DNA from: Phyllosticta citribraziliensis
Taxonomy: Eukaryota
Direction: 5' to 3'
NCBI RefSeq assembly: GCF_038025025.1
Contig: NW_027117340.1
Location: 2,294,001 to 2,358,000, forward strand
Length of the DNA stretch: 64,000 nucleotides
The notes under the pieces were generated by a model, which saw only the letters and a list, made by a program, of their open reading frames with translations, was not told where the DNA came from and made no database searches. The translations under genes were made by a program, and so were the position numbers. Position 1 is the stretch's first letter, and every line of letters starts with the position of its first letter. Positions 25,891 through 39,317 of this stretch are shown here, one piece after another.

Positions 25891-26150
25891 GTCGAAGATG
25901 GAGGGAGAGGAAATGGTGCAAGTGTTGGTGATGTTGTGGAATCAGCAGACGGTGATAGGACGAGAGGGGAGCAGCCCAGAGCACGGCAGCCAGGCACACA
26001 CACGCGGGAACACTGGCCCAAGCTTTGGTGCTTGCAAGCTAAATGCTCTTGGCGTACGCAACGCGGCGTCTCTGTACCGTAGAACTCTCATGCGCCGATT
26101 TGGCTCCACGCCTCCCAGGTACCGAACTACAACCTCAAACCTCGACGACG

Positions 26151-28351
26151 ATGCCTCTCCAGCCGACCGATATCCCCTCGTTCGCAACGACCCAGCTCTC
26201 CTTGCTCAATGCCGAACTCGAAGCCGAACGCGCCGAGACCGCCCTGCTTACCTCTGCACACGCGCCCCAAACGCTCGCGCGCGCCGGCCTCGCCATCGTC
26301 AACCTGACCGTCGCGTCCCAACGCACTGGCCTGGGCGGCAAAACCGTGCTCGATCTCGAGCAGGATTCGGCCGTCAAGGGCGCCACCGGCGAACTGCCCC
26401 AGCATGGAATCCGTGTTGGCGACATTGTGGGCCTGGCCGAGCAGCCGGCGGGGAGCGCACGCAAGAAAGACAAGGTGGAAAAGAAGGAGCGAGGCGTCGA
26501 GGGTGTCGTGCTAAAAGTTACGAGAGGCGCCGTATCCGTGGCACTAGACAAGGAGGAGGTCGAGGTTCCTGGCGGACGACTCTGGCTGTGGGTTCCCTGC
26601 TGCTGTCTCGAGAGGCTTGCGCGAAAGTCCTATGCTGATGGCTACGTGTGGCAGAGTCAAGCTCGCCAATGATGTCACTTACAAGAGGTACGTCTCTAAT
26701 ATTGCCTTTTTGGTGCGACGCACATCTGATGGATCAAAGAATGTCGCAAACAATGACTCGGCTGCAGAAATTCACAGAGAGTGAATACAGTCCTTTCATT
26801 CGTGCTCTGTTTGGCTTGTCGTCGCTCTCTCCGCTCCCTTCCGATCTGCCAAGCCCCGATTGGATCGATGCGACCCTGAACGACAGCCAAAAAGACGCCA
26901 TCAGATTCGCCTTGGGCGCACGGGAGCTTGGTCTGATCCACGGCCCGCCAGGCACGGGTAAGACGCACACGCTGATTGAGCTTATTCTGCAAATGCTGAG
27001 GCAGGGGTTGCGGCTACTCGTGTGCGGACCAAGCAATATCTCAGTCGACAATATTGTGGAGAGACTGGCGCCTCATAAGGTGCCCATGATTAGGCTGGGG
27101 CACCCGGCTCGGCTCCTACCGAGCGTCTTGAACCACTCGCTCGACGTGCTCACTCGCACGTCGGACGCGGCCGAGATAGTCCAAGACATTCGCAATGAAA
27201 TGGACCAGAAGCAAGCGAGCATCCGCAAGACCAGGAACGGGCGGGAACGCAAGGCAATCTACGCAGAGATGAAGGAGTTGAGAAAGGACTTTCGGGAGCG
27301 GGAGAAGCGGTGCGTCGACGAGCTGGTGCGGGGCAGCAAGGTTGTGCTTGCTACACTCCACGGAGCCGGGGGGTTCCATCTAAAGGAGCAGCAGTTTGAT
27401 GTGGTGATTATCGACGAAGCCAGCCAGGCCCTTGAGGCGCAATGCTGGGTGCCGCTGCTCTCGGCCAAAAAGGTAGTGTTGGCAGGCGATCACCTGCAGC
27501 TTCCGCCGACGATAAAGTCTTTGAATAGCAAATCGAGACAGGGGCCGAAGAAGGACAAGGTGGGCGAGGCCAAGGGCATGACCCTGGAGCAGACGCTCTT
27601 TGACCGTCTGCTGGCTCTGCATGGGCCGTCGATCAAACGCATGCTCACGACTCAGTACCGCATGCACGAGACGATCATGGCGTTTCCCTCGCAGGAGCTG
27701 TACGAGTCGAAACTTGTTGCAGCCGAGTCAGTCGGGGCGCGGCTGCTGTGCCATCTGCCCTATGGGGTTCAGGAGACTGACGACACACGGGAGCCGTTGG
27801 TGTTTTGGGACACGCAGGGGGGCGATTTTCCCGAACGGACCGACGACGAGAGCTCGCTGCTGGGCGACAGCAAGAGCAACGACATGGAGGCGGCGGTCGT
27901 GGGGTTGCACGTCGGGCGGCTCGTCGAGGCGGGCGTGCGGGCAGAGGACATTGCGGTGGTGACGCCGTACAACGGGCAGATGGCGGTGCTGTCGCAGATG
28001 CTGAAGGAGCGGCACCCAGGACTCGAGCTCGGCAGCGTGGACGGGTTCCAGGGGCGGGAGAAGGAAGCGGTGGTAGTGAGCCTCGTTCGGAGCAACGCCG
28101 AAAACGAGGTGGGCTTCTTGGGGGAGAAGAGACGGCTCAACGGTAAGGCTCTTCAGTTGTAGCGTGCCGAGGTCTGAGAGACGACCTAGCTAATTGTGAC
28201 AGTGGCCATGACGCGGCCCAGACGACATTTGTGCGTGGTAGGGGACTCGGAGGTGGTGGGCAGGGGCGGCAAGTTTCTCAAGCGGTGGATGGAGTTTTTG
28301 CAGGACCACGGCGACCTGCGATACCCTAGCGTCGACGAGCTGTCGGTGTAG
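26151..28351 (+). CDS. HCS1: SF1 (Upf1-like) DNA/RNA helicase Hcs1/IGHMBP2
   Basis: GLGGKTVL, LVKLANDVTYKRM (spliced), HGPPGTGKT, DEASQ, GDHLQLPPT, QYRMH, VDGFQGREKE, RRLNVAMTR (spliced). Three introns. Confidence 0.93.
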
Positions 28352-28609
28352 TACCTGGCTACAGTAGCATGAGGACGACGACGGAGCTTTGTCTGTTCTG
28401 TGGGAGTTGAGGGTGCCGGAGCGGCGGGATCTGCCCGGCCCTCATTTTACATTCGCGACTGCTTGTGCAACAGCGGGGTCCAACCTCAGACCCCCCCGTC
28501 CCGTTACTTAAGCTAGTTACCACCGATACCCTGCTCTGCTCTGCCTACTGTTCCCAGCTCTCCCATCGTCCAGTCGTCTCGACCTCCGCGCTGCTCAAAC
28601 GCCCGCTTG

Positions 28610-28670
28610 CTTTCTTCTTCTTCTTCTTCGTCGTCGTCGTCTCCCTCTTCTTCGTCTGCTTCTGCTTCTA
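28610..28670. repeat. (TTC)n/(GTC)n pyrimidine-rich tract in promoter or 5' leader
   Basis: TTCTTCTTCTTCTTCTTCGTCGTCGTCGTC. Confidence 0.75.
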
Positions 28671-28942
28671 CCTACTTCTGTCCTTCCCTTCCGCATCCCG
28701 CCGCCCCGTTCGATTCGACATCGCTCGTTTGACACCCGACCACTTTTTTACTTACTTCACTTGTCCTCTGGTGATACGGCATTGAACCTCTTCCCACACG
28801 CTCGCGCCCCGTGCTACACTAGCCGCCCCGGAGCTGCATCACCATGGGCCTTTCCATCCCAGCCCTGCCTCTGCATTGCCAGTAAAGCCAACAAACAACG
28901 TCAACCCCGATTTTGACCCGCCGCCCGCCTGCCGTTCCAGCC

Positions 28943-31431
28943 ATGGCTGACGCACCTGTCGACCGGTCCGCCGCCTCCGTCCCTGCTGCAAAGCCACCTG
29001 CACATCGCCCAAGTTGGAAGGCCGAAGCCATTCGTCGTGGCCATTTGAGATTTAACGGCCCCTCGCCGCTCGACGACGACTTTGACCTGGACGACCAAGT
29101 CTGCGACGAGGGCCCTCCGTACAAGAAGCGCTTGACCGACCCCAACTCCTTCTTCAAGGATCCCGCCGCCCCTGCTCGCCGCCTACTCCACAAGGGCCCC
29201 CAAGCCTCCATTGCCTCCTCTCTGCGCCCCACCAGTCGGCATGACCTGCGCTCCTCAACCGACGTCCGCGAACCCAGCATCATGCAGAGCAGCGACTGGT
29301 CTTCGAAGCATACTCCCGACCGCTCTGCTTCTTTCCTAGCTTCGTCCTTTTCCGCCTCTCATTCCGCCTCTCATTCGGCTTCCCATTCTGCTTCTGTTGG
29401 CACTGTGACCAAACGCAACACCAAGCGTGGCTCGATATCCACCGCGTTCAAAAAGATTTTTGGTGGCGGGAGAAAGAGGCAGAATGAAAAGACCGACTCA
29501 CCATCGCCGTCGGCCGGCGCCCACTTTCACCACCGCAGCGTAATAATACCGCTCCGTACAAGCCCCTTCAATGTGCTGACACGGCTCAGGAACCTCTGGG
29601 TCGTAAAGTCTCCCCACCGAGACCTCTTCTTGTACAGCATCGAGCTGTTTCTCAAGACTCGCGTCGTTCCCAGTCATTCTCTGCTCGCAACTCGTCACGC
29701 GCCACGCCAGTCTCCCACCTACCGTTCCCCATGAACGTAAACGCGCCACCTCAGGAAGATGGTAGCCAACCAAGTTACATGGAGCATGGAAGACCTCCTC
29801 CCCAAGGGCCTCGCCGCCGCGCAACCCTTCCAAGCGTCGTCAGGAACTCCGCCGACGCAACTACTCTATCTGCCATTTGGAGCGAATCGCAATCTCGTAC
29901 AGGACACGATGATCAAAGTGTACGAGAGGATATCGGAGTCGCCTATTCTGGCTCGCCAAGATCATCAAAGAGGACGTCTCGGCGAAGATCTCGCAGCGTG
30001 AGCGCGATTGACGACCTCAGGCACTTACCCGACGTCACTCCCAGCCGCCAAAGTGGCCAAAGCTTCCAAAGTAGCAACTGGCACAAGCATCTGAGCTCGA
30101 GCCCGGAGCCAGCCACAAAGTTTCGGCAGGCCAGGGACTTTCGTTTCCCGCCGAGGGTCGATTCTCGCTATCCAAGTCACGAAGCTCCTCGCCAGAACGC
30201 TCATGTCCAGAGCCTGAATGGCGAGGAAATTCGTGCTTTCGATTTTGGGCCGTTCCATCCAAGTGATCCAGGGACCCCCCGGACCGGACCGCAAACACCT
30301 TCAGCCAGGGCCGAGTTCGGGCTTGGCCTTGAGCCACCGCCGACGACTATTGAAGATCGTCTGGAGCGGTTGGAGACCAATATGCGCTACTTTGACCAGT
30401 CGTTGCGCCACATGAGAGGTCGCAATAACCGCCAGACTATCATCCTCGAAAACTCACCCACTAGACGCCCAAGCTCATCATCGCGCGCCGAGCAGCTCTC
30501 CGATTCGTCAGCTCGAAGACCCTCCGGTCCCTTTTCCGAGAACCATACCAATTCGCCGGTGACCCCTGCCACGTCCTATCCTTCTCACTCGCAAAACCCT
30601 AGCGCTAGCGTCCACGAGTTTCCTGTGTTGGCTACGTATCCAAGTATGGGAACCATGAGCAGCGCGCCAACCATGGTTGCAACTGCACATGGCCTTCCTC
30701 AAACTTCGTACTCTTACAACGACGAAGGACTTGCTTCCCTTTACTCTCTACTCTACCAGGAACGCACGGCTCGTCAAGATCTCGAGTTGCAGGTGGAACA
30801 GCTCCGTCGGGAGATGGAAGAGCTCAAGCTGCGAGCTGATCGACGCTACTCTCGTGTCTACCAGGCTCCGGTCCGCGTCCAAACCAAAGGCGTCACAAAG
30901 CAAGCTCAAGTCACATACACTACGACCAGCGCGCACACAACCACCAATTTGTACAACTACGCGTCGTACCCTGGTGCCCAAAACGCCTATGCGACCTCTA
31001 GCCCAAACATCCTCCTGACCTCGGCTCCAGCCAGCAACATGACATCCTTGAACGGTTCCAACGTGCCTTCGACTCACGTCTCGGTCCACTTTGACCCAGA
31101 AAGCGAAGCCGAAGTGAAACATCTCCGGTATTCGGCCATTTCGCTGGACGACCCAAACCGCGCGGCGCGGAAATCGCACTTTAGCTTTGACAGTGAGCAG
31201 GAGTCGACCAGCTGCGGCAATGGCAGTAGCATTAGTCCAGCACGCGGGGGACCCGTCGGCGGCGAAGAGTTGACGGTCCTGAGCGATATTCCGATTCCGT
31301 CGTTTGAGTCTGAAGACCGTAGTCCGATTGATGGCTACACGACGCCGTACGAGTCGCCGTACGAGAGCCCAGTGCTGGAGAAGCAGCCCGACGAGTCACG
31401 CTTGTCGAAGGTGGGCGTGAAGATGTTTTGA
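28943..31431 (+). CDS. Hypothetical Ser/Pro/Arg-rich protein with two short coiled coils
   Basis: MADAPV... exon, intron about 29539-29590 (GTAATA...CTGAC...CAG), in frame with the 566-aa ORF. IEDRLERLE and LYSLLYQERTARQDLELQVEQL heptads; SASH x3 repeat. Confidence 0.8.
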
Positions 31432-32035
31432 TGATGGCACTCGGAATGCCTTGCTTTCTTGTAAGCACAAGAGATCTTTCGTTTCACGGCACACAAAGGC
31501 CACTTTGGATGCATTCTTTTGTAATGACTTTTAACGACGGGCGTCCTGTCTCTGTTGCTGTCTCTTCTTTCACATAATTCACGTCATTCGCTCCTTGCCT
31601 TTTTCTCTGTCGACTTTTTACTTGCTTTCATGTAGCCTTGCCCAAAAGATACCCTTCTTGATCTCTTGCGTAATCTCTTTGGAAGAGGGGTGAGGGGAAG
31701 GAATGAGGCGGCGACAGGTTGTAAACCGTCGTAGTGGCGTGGTCGTCTACAGTAGTAATTTTCGAAAGGGTTCTCCATCCAAGCGTCTCGTCTGCTCTTG
31801 AAACCTCGCATGCCGGATTTTGGTACTGGTTGTCTACTTGCCAAGGTGTCAGTTCCATTGTTGAATAACGAGATGCAATGAATTCCTTCTAGCTCCTGAC
31901 GCCACCTATGATATTCTTTTACTCGACTGTGAGCATGATGCCTCTGAGAATCTCATGAAAGCTATAGCCCTCCCGCAGCACCCTCCCGATTCACCAGCCA
32001 CACAGCAAAATCCACATTGTCCACGCGCCCTCCCA

Positions 32036-33101
32036 CTACCGAATACTCCTGACCAACTCCCTCAAATCGCCACCCTCAACCCACGCCTCACCGGGCGCGC
32101 CGCTCGTCGCAGCAGCACCAGCAGCAGCGCCGCCAACACCACCACCAGCCTGGACGCCCCAGCCCTCGCCGAGCTCGGCGACGACCCTGGCGGGGCGGCC
32201 ACCGACGACGGAGTTGCTGGGCACGACCATGTTGGCGGGGACGACGCTGTGGGGCAGGATCTTGACGTTGTCGCGGATGAGGCAGAAGGGCTCGAGGACG
32301 GCGTGCGCGCCGACGTGCACATGAGAGCTGATGCTAGCAGCGCTGATGCGGCAGTGCGGGCCGATGAAGACGTTGTCGCCGATCTTCATGGGGTAGTGCG
32401 AGAGTAGGCCGCGCGAGACGCGCGCGGGCGGCCGGATCGTGCAGTTGGGGCTGATGATGGTGCAGCGGCCGATGCTGATGGCGTTGGAGTGCTGAGAGGA
32501 TGAGGGCGGCGGCTGCTGCTGCTGCGCCGTTGATGATGTGGTTGACGAGCTTGTTTTCAGTCGGTGCAGGTCGCCGCGCAGAACCACTTCGGATTGGATC
32601 ACGGTTTTGCCGCCCAGCGTGATGTTGGCTGTGCCGCTGATGTGGGCGCGGCGCGAGACTTTGTTGCCCGAGTCCTGGGGTGCGAGGGGTCGTTAGCTTG
32701 GGGATTGATGGATCATGGTAAAGAAGGACGAGGGGAGGACGGACACGGTTTGGCGAGAAAAATCAACTTGGTGATGGACGCTGGCTGGGCCTTTTTCGGC
32801 AGGGCAGTGCAAGGAAAGCTAAGGGGAGAGGGCAGACAGACGCAAAAGCACAGTATCAATATGTCCTGCCAAGTAGCCAACGTGCTCTTTTCAAAATAGC
32901 TATTTTGAGAAGAAAGACATTGAGAGGAAAGGCAAACCTTCTCGCGACAGAAGCAAATGACGGAAGAAAAGCAGTGACAAGAAGGACTCCATGAAAGCAC
33001 CCAAAAAAGCCAAAAGAGAAATAATGAATTCAAGCTGCACTCACCGTCTCAATGTACTCGCCCTTGGCGGCTTTGCGCGCCGCGCTCGGACGCGACGACA
33101 T
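32036..33101 (-). CDS. DCTN5: Dynactin subunit 5 (p25), left-handed beta-helix
   Basis: MSSRPSAARKAAKGEYIET, 370-nt intron 33044-32675, then DSGNKVSRRAHISGTANITLGGKTVIQSEVVLRGDL and hexapeptide repeats. Confidence 0.92.
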
Positions 33102-33979
33102 GCTGTACGCGACAAATTTGGAGTGGAGCGGGGTATCGAAGAAGACTACAGCACGCTTGTTTTCGGTCTCGAGAATTTTCTTGTCGACGTGATGAGGTGG
33201 TGGAGTATAGTTGTTGCACTAGTGTTTGGTTGCAGTTCCCAAGTCGTTGACAAGCACGTGGCAGGGCAAGGAATAGGTCAGATCACGTGAGCCGAGGTCG
33301 ACGACGCTCTGCCCATGATAATTCATACCTTGGAGTTGCCTACTTTTTTGTGGACTTCACACATGAGGAAAGAGCTTTTGCTGCTGATCTTGCCCTTCTA
33401 TGCCGCAATCTTGGATTCTAGACAGACTGCCTGCTTTGGTTCCACTATCACGTGTATCTCACGCTTTGACCATCACCTAGCCCTCTGACTTCACCCCATC
33501 TTCGTGCGACCTTTTTAACTGCCCTATCAACGGATCGACCCGTTGCGCGTCGCCAACGAATCATGAAACAAGCCCAACTGCAGTCGCACGCAATCTCCTG
33601 AGCCGATGAAGCGACAAAAGCATCCAACAAGCCGTCACCTTGCCTATCAGTGCCGTTGTCCGCGCAAGCTTTCGAGGACCTTCGCGCACGGGTAAGACAA
33701 TCAACGTTTCTTTTGGTCGAATGATGATCGACTTTGCGCCGTCTCGCCAGCTGTGCGATGTGATTGAGCGCGTTGTGCAAGGGTGCTGGCCGGCTGGCGG
33801 CACGTTGAACACAGAGAGCGATAAGCAAGCCTGCCTACGGATGGCTACCCTCTTTGGTGAGTAGGTTGACGCATCTACGCAGCCAAATGGGAATGTAGGT
33901 TGCGCGCTCTCTTTTTGCACCGCTTGTCATGATTGAACGAGCACTCTTTTCTTTTGGACATTCACTGTCCTAGGCCGCA

Positions 33980-35436
33980 ATGGAATCCAAAGCCCCCGGC
34001 ACTGCCTGTCATAGCGATGAGCGGCTGTCGACAGCTCATCCCGTCACCTATGATGACGTCGATGTTTTTGGCTACGAGGGCAACCATCAGGTGAGAACCA
34101 TTCGCTATTCTCACGACGCTTTCCAACGGACAGAGACTCACGAGCTCATTCCAAAGTCGAGATTCTCGCGGGCCGCTCACGCTCACAATGGCTCTAGATT
34201 GTCTACAAGACCCTGTCTTGGCAAATGGTGGCAGTCCTGATGATTTGCGAAATCGTCTCCAATGGCATGCTCTCACTGCCATCGTCGCTCGCAGTCGTAG
34301 GAACTGTGCCTGGGCTCATCCTCATCATTTTCCTGGGCATCTTTGCGACGTACACGGCATGGCTCCTCGTGCAGTTCAAACTGCGCCATCCAGACGTCCA
34401 CAACATGGGCGACGCCGGCTACATCCTCTTCGGACCCATTGGCCGTGAAGTGCTAGCCTTTGGCACCGTCCTCTTCGCCATCTTTGGTACAGGCAGCCAG
34501 ATGCTGGCTGGCGAGATAGCACTGGCAACGCTTTCGGACAACAAGCTATGCGCCATGCTCTACACCGGCATCTTCGCCATTCCCATTCTCATCTTCAGCT
34601 TCCCGCGCACCTTCTCCAAGCTGACGCACCTCTCCATCGCAGCCTGCGTGTCGATTCTGGTCGCCGGTCTTGTGGGCATGATCGGAGCTGGCGTGCACCC
34701 AACGCCCAACCGCAGCGTGCAGGCGGCCAAGTCGTCCGACTTCTACTCGGCCTTTGTGTCCATCACGAACCCCGTCTTCGCTTACGCGGGACACTTCATG
34801 TTCTTCACGCTCATCTCGGAGATGCGGCGGCCGGCCGATGCCATGAAGGCGGCATACTGGCTGCAGGGCTTCGCAACGACCTTTTACGCCGTCTTTGCCG
34901 CCGTCGTGTATGCATACGCGGGCAACGACGTGGCGAGCCCGTCGTTCTCGAGCCTCGCGCCCAAGTGGCAGAAGGCGGCGTACGGCATCGCGCTGCCCAA
35001 CTTTTTGATCGCGGGCGCGCTGTACTCGCACACGGCGAGCAAGCTCTTCTTCGTGCGGCTGTTCCGCAAGAGCCGGCACCTGCACTCGCACACGGTCCGC
35101 GGGTGGGCGGTGTGGACGGCGCTGATCGTCGCGTCCAACGGCGCGGCCTTTGTGCTGGCCGTCGGCGTGCCCATCTTCAACTACCTGCTCGGCCTCGTCG
35201 CCAGCCTGTTCGCCGCGTGGTACACGTACGGCGTCGCGGGCTTCTTCTGGCTGCACGACGCCTATTACGACTTTGACGGTTGGCGCACGTGGGCCAAGCG
35301 CTGGCCGCAGACGTCACTCGCCGTCTTCACGATTGTGGCGGGCGCCTTCATTTGCGTCGCTGGCACCTATGTTAATGTCAGGGGCATTGTTGATGCATAC
35401 AGAGACGGTACGGTGTCGGGAGCTTTCAGTTGCTGA
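33980..35436 (+). CDS. Amino acid permease (Aa_trans/AAAP family, Mtr-like)
   Basis: DVFGYEGNHQ, intron 34091-34197, IVYKTLSWQMVAVLMICEIVSNGMLSLP; FAYAGH motif; many hydrophobic segments. Confidence 0.92.
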
Positions 35437-35598
35437 TGTTTCAGTCAGGGGGGCGGTACGGTGGTGATTAACATTATGTGCACTCTCTGTTCTAGTGCCT
35501 CGACGGCAAATGAAGGAGCTGAATGCCGCTTTATCCGCTGCGGACCATGCCAACAAGAAACCCATGGTACACGCTCTATTCCCGTTCCAGATGCATAT

Positions 35599-35621
35599 GA
35601 AAAAAAAAAAAAAAAAAAAAA
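35599..35621. repeat. poly-A tract between convergent genes
   Basis: Run of about 22 A. Confidence 0.85.
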
Positions 35622-35734
35622 CGAAGGCGCCGTGTCCCAATGCTTCCCAGAACTTTTTCCCCGATCCAAAAAGAAAAGAACAGCGAAAGACCCATAAACG
35701 CTCCAAAATGCTATCAACAACCAACGTACCCATG

Positions 35735-36387
35735 TCACCACGTCCGACTACGCCTTGGCACGTCGGCTGCTGCTTCCAGGCTGGCTCGATGCAGCGCCTC
35801 GGCGCTGTTGCGCCGCGAGACGATGCGGCCCTTTTCCTCGCGAAACAGGCGCCACAGCTCGGCGCACCAGCCGGGGAAGGCGAGCCAGGACGAGGGCTCG
35901 AACAGGTAGTCGATGAGGGGGTCGAGGGTGGCCATCATGGCGGGCAGCTCGCGCAGCAGCAGCGGGGCGGCGATCAAGTACAGCAGGTTGATGCTGAAGA
36001 GCCAGTCGGCGTTGTTGTCGGTGTTGGTGCTGCCGTGGTAGTTGTATTGGTATTGGTGCTGGTGGTGATGATGTGATGCGACGTGAGATGATGTCGATAT
36101 TGTGGGGTCCGCAGGGTAGCAAGTGTCGAAAGCGGCGGCGGAATGGTGCTGGTAGCCGAGCAATGGCAATAATGCGTTGGTGGGGAGAGACCCACCCCCG
36201 CCACCACCGACTCCACCGACGGCAGCCGTTGCAGCGGCCAGGACGTGCAGTGATGCGAGGGCGCGGGTCGAGAGGGGTATTATCGCGGCGGCGGCAGCAG
36301 CAGTGGTAGTACTGAATTTTAGGATTTGGCGTTAGTTTCGACCGGCACGAAGCGAGGACGACTATGCTGGGGCCAGACTTACTTCAT
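35735..36387 (-). CDS. Hypothetical 193-aa protein with a 5-nt first coding exon and probable TM segment
   Basis: CCCACC-ATGAA|GTAAGT...CTAAC...TTCAG|T ACT ACC (intron 36382-36312) gives MNTTTAAAAAA..., open to the stop at 35735. Confidence 0.65.
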
Positions 36388-39317
36388 GGTGGGATTTGCC
36401 GGAGCCCTTGATTGCTGATTGCTTATCCGATTACTGTTGGGTGGAATCCGCGTCGTGAATTGCTCCTCTGCTGGATGTTGAATGCGTCGTCGTGTCTATG
36501 TAAATGGGCGGCAAAGCGATGGTTCGACCAATTGACGTTTCGTTGCGAGGCGTGAGAGACGTCTAATAATGAGGCATGCTCTTCGTGTGCTGCGCGCGTG
36601 TTGTTTGCATGTCCGCCGGGGACCATTCAAGCAGTTTGACGGCGATGATGCTGCGACGGGAAAGACCAAAACAGGACGGAGCAGAAAAGATGGACAAAGA
36701 CGAGGCACGCAGGAAGAACGCAGAGGCAAAAGCAAGACCAATTGACCGCAACGCGAACGAGGAGGTTGGTCTGGTGTGTGCGTGGTTTTTTGGATGTGAT
36801 GGGTGAGAGAGGGAAAGAGAACTGAGACCAGGCCAGGCACGAGCGAGGATCGAGGGGCCAACACCGCTCCCCAATATACCCAATCCACACCTGGGTGACC
36901 CAGGAGCAGCACCGGGATAGGCACGGCGGGCGCGGCGGGAACTTGACGAGAGAGAGGGCCGGCCGGCCGCAGCCAGTCCGACGGAAAAGACGGGAGGGGT
37001 TAAGGGTACAACCTAGGAACATAACTTCAGTTCCTTCGCAGGGACCCCAAGGAATTATTTGGCGCGTCAAAATCTGACTTGCGACGCGCACACCACCATG
37101 GCCCTATCGCTCTCGTCGTCTCGTTTTCCTCGCCGCCGCTGCCGTGCACCGTCAATTGACTGCGAAAGCATCGCAGACATCGATGCCATGCAATGCAAAG
37201 CCATGTCCATTCCTGTGCCCAACCGTTACCTGGTTGGGCTGCCGAATGCGGCAATTCGTCGTGCTGGTTGCCATACACCAGACCACCTAGGTGGTGCGGA
37301 AACATATCTGCCTCCTTCCCGCCACAAAACCGCCGCTTGTAGAGTAGTAGCCTGCTCGGTTGTTCGTGTGGCTCGCTTCGCTTTGACGGCGAGCGTGTTA
37401 GTTGAGCGAGCGCGATGCGGTGCCATGTCTCCACCTCGCCTTGGTTGCACCATAATCGCCGGCTCAGCGGCCCTCGGCGAATAGTTTGGTGGGTAGGACG
37501 GTACATGCAATAGGCAGCGCTCGCACCGAGGCCAGCATCTGCAAGCCATCGTAATCGTCTTGGCCTCCTGGTACTCGCTCGGATTCGGGTCCGTGTTTGT
37601 GGAGAGACCAGCGGCGGTTGCGGCGTTAGACAGGCCTGCGGCTATGCGCAGCAGCAGCAGTTCGGCGTTAAGTGTCCGTGGTACAACTATGAGCCCTACC
37701 TAGCCGAGTCCAGTCGCGTCGATAATATTCTAAGCTGATGCATTTTCTTCGCTGGCTCTCTGTCGTAAGCGCACGCCTGTGCTCGGGGCCCGACGTCGAG
37801 GTACGGATAGCCTTTCGGCTGCTTCACAACCCCGGGACACGTTGGTTGCGGCATCGCGCGGCGCCGGGGCAACAAATTGGGTGCCGCAGTCCAGTGTCAC
37901 TGAGTGGCTCTCACAAACATCACTGCCTCCACCGTTTTTCCTCTTCGGAGACTTCTCGCACTCGGCTACCTCATCCAGCCCACCACCAACATCACAATCC
38001 ACCCAAGCAGGCAGCCTGTCCGCTTCATCCGGCGTCCGCCCCCTTCGCCCAGGCGCGATGACGCCGTCAAGGTGGACGCGTGAACACCAAGCGCGTTTTT
38101 GTTGGCGACATCATGCGCCGCAGCAACAGCAGCAGCAGCGGTGCCTGCCGTGGTGCCGTGGTGCCTGTTGTACCTGGCACCCATCGGTACACGCAGGTTC
38201 TGCGTGCGACGCTACTGGCCTGCTTCGGTTGTGCTAGCCGCCGTGACTGGTCTCTCTGAAACGTGGGACGCGAAGTAGCTTCCCCCATATTGAGACAAGC
38301 GGGCAAGCAAGGGAGCAAGCCCAGCGCGAGCGCCGTTCAGAACTCTATTCCGCTCTGACCGCATCTCGAATCTCGATTTCCTGCGACGGCCGCATTTGGA
38401 TGGGCGAGAGGTTGAGACTCGAGACGCCAAAGTGGGCGGGCGGTCGGTTGAGAACGAGGACGGCTCGACATGAGCCGGCTCATGTTCAGGAATGAAGATT
38501 CCCCGGCCGGATGCGGTGAGCTTGTGTTTGCTTCACGGTCGCCGGGCCGTTCACCCAGACTTTTCTTTTTTTTTTTTTTTTCGTCCGGCGTAGACACGAA
38601 TTGGTCAGCGATGACCGGCGACCATGCAGCGGAAGGATGCGATTTCCACCCCGCCATAGCGCAAGCACACAGCCAGAAGCGAAAGAGCGGGGAAACCTGG
38701 TCGATGACGTAGGCCCTGGGGCCCGCCGCCTTCGGTTTGTCAGGTCCACCGGCAGTCGCTTGTGCTGTGCCTCAATTGGTCGCTGGCTTCCAAGACCCTG
38801 AGGCCCTGCAGCGCTCATTGTACGACAGCCAAACCCACGTTGACCGGCCAATCGCACGACATGTGGAAAGAAGGATTCTGAAAGAGGTAATCTACCCCCA
38901 TGTCAACACCAGTGAACCATTGTGAGAGTGAGTCGTCATGGCCGGCAAGCACCGCCACAGGATACAGACGGCGGCAGTCTTGACTTGTTGCCTGCCTATC
39001 AGAGACTACGGCACACGCTATGGGCCGTTCTCACACCGAACAGCCAAGCCCAGGTCTCCACCTCGTTGATTGATTTCTTGATCTGCCGAAAATATGAGCT
39101 ACTGTCATATGCTCCTCGTAGTTCGGGGACTTGGCGAATTACAGCCACGGTGGACGGATAGCCGGACGCAGAGACAGAGCACGCGGTGTGGAGACCAGCA
39201 CAGTCTCGAGGCGCGGCTCAGTGTTGAAGTAAGGGAGCTGGAATACTAGCACTTCTTTTTAAACCGCCGTCCAACTCGAGTAAACGGTTGCTTCCCAATC
39301 CCAAGCCCGCGCGCAAC

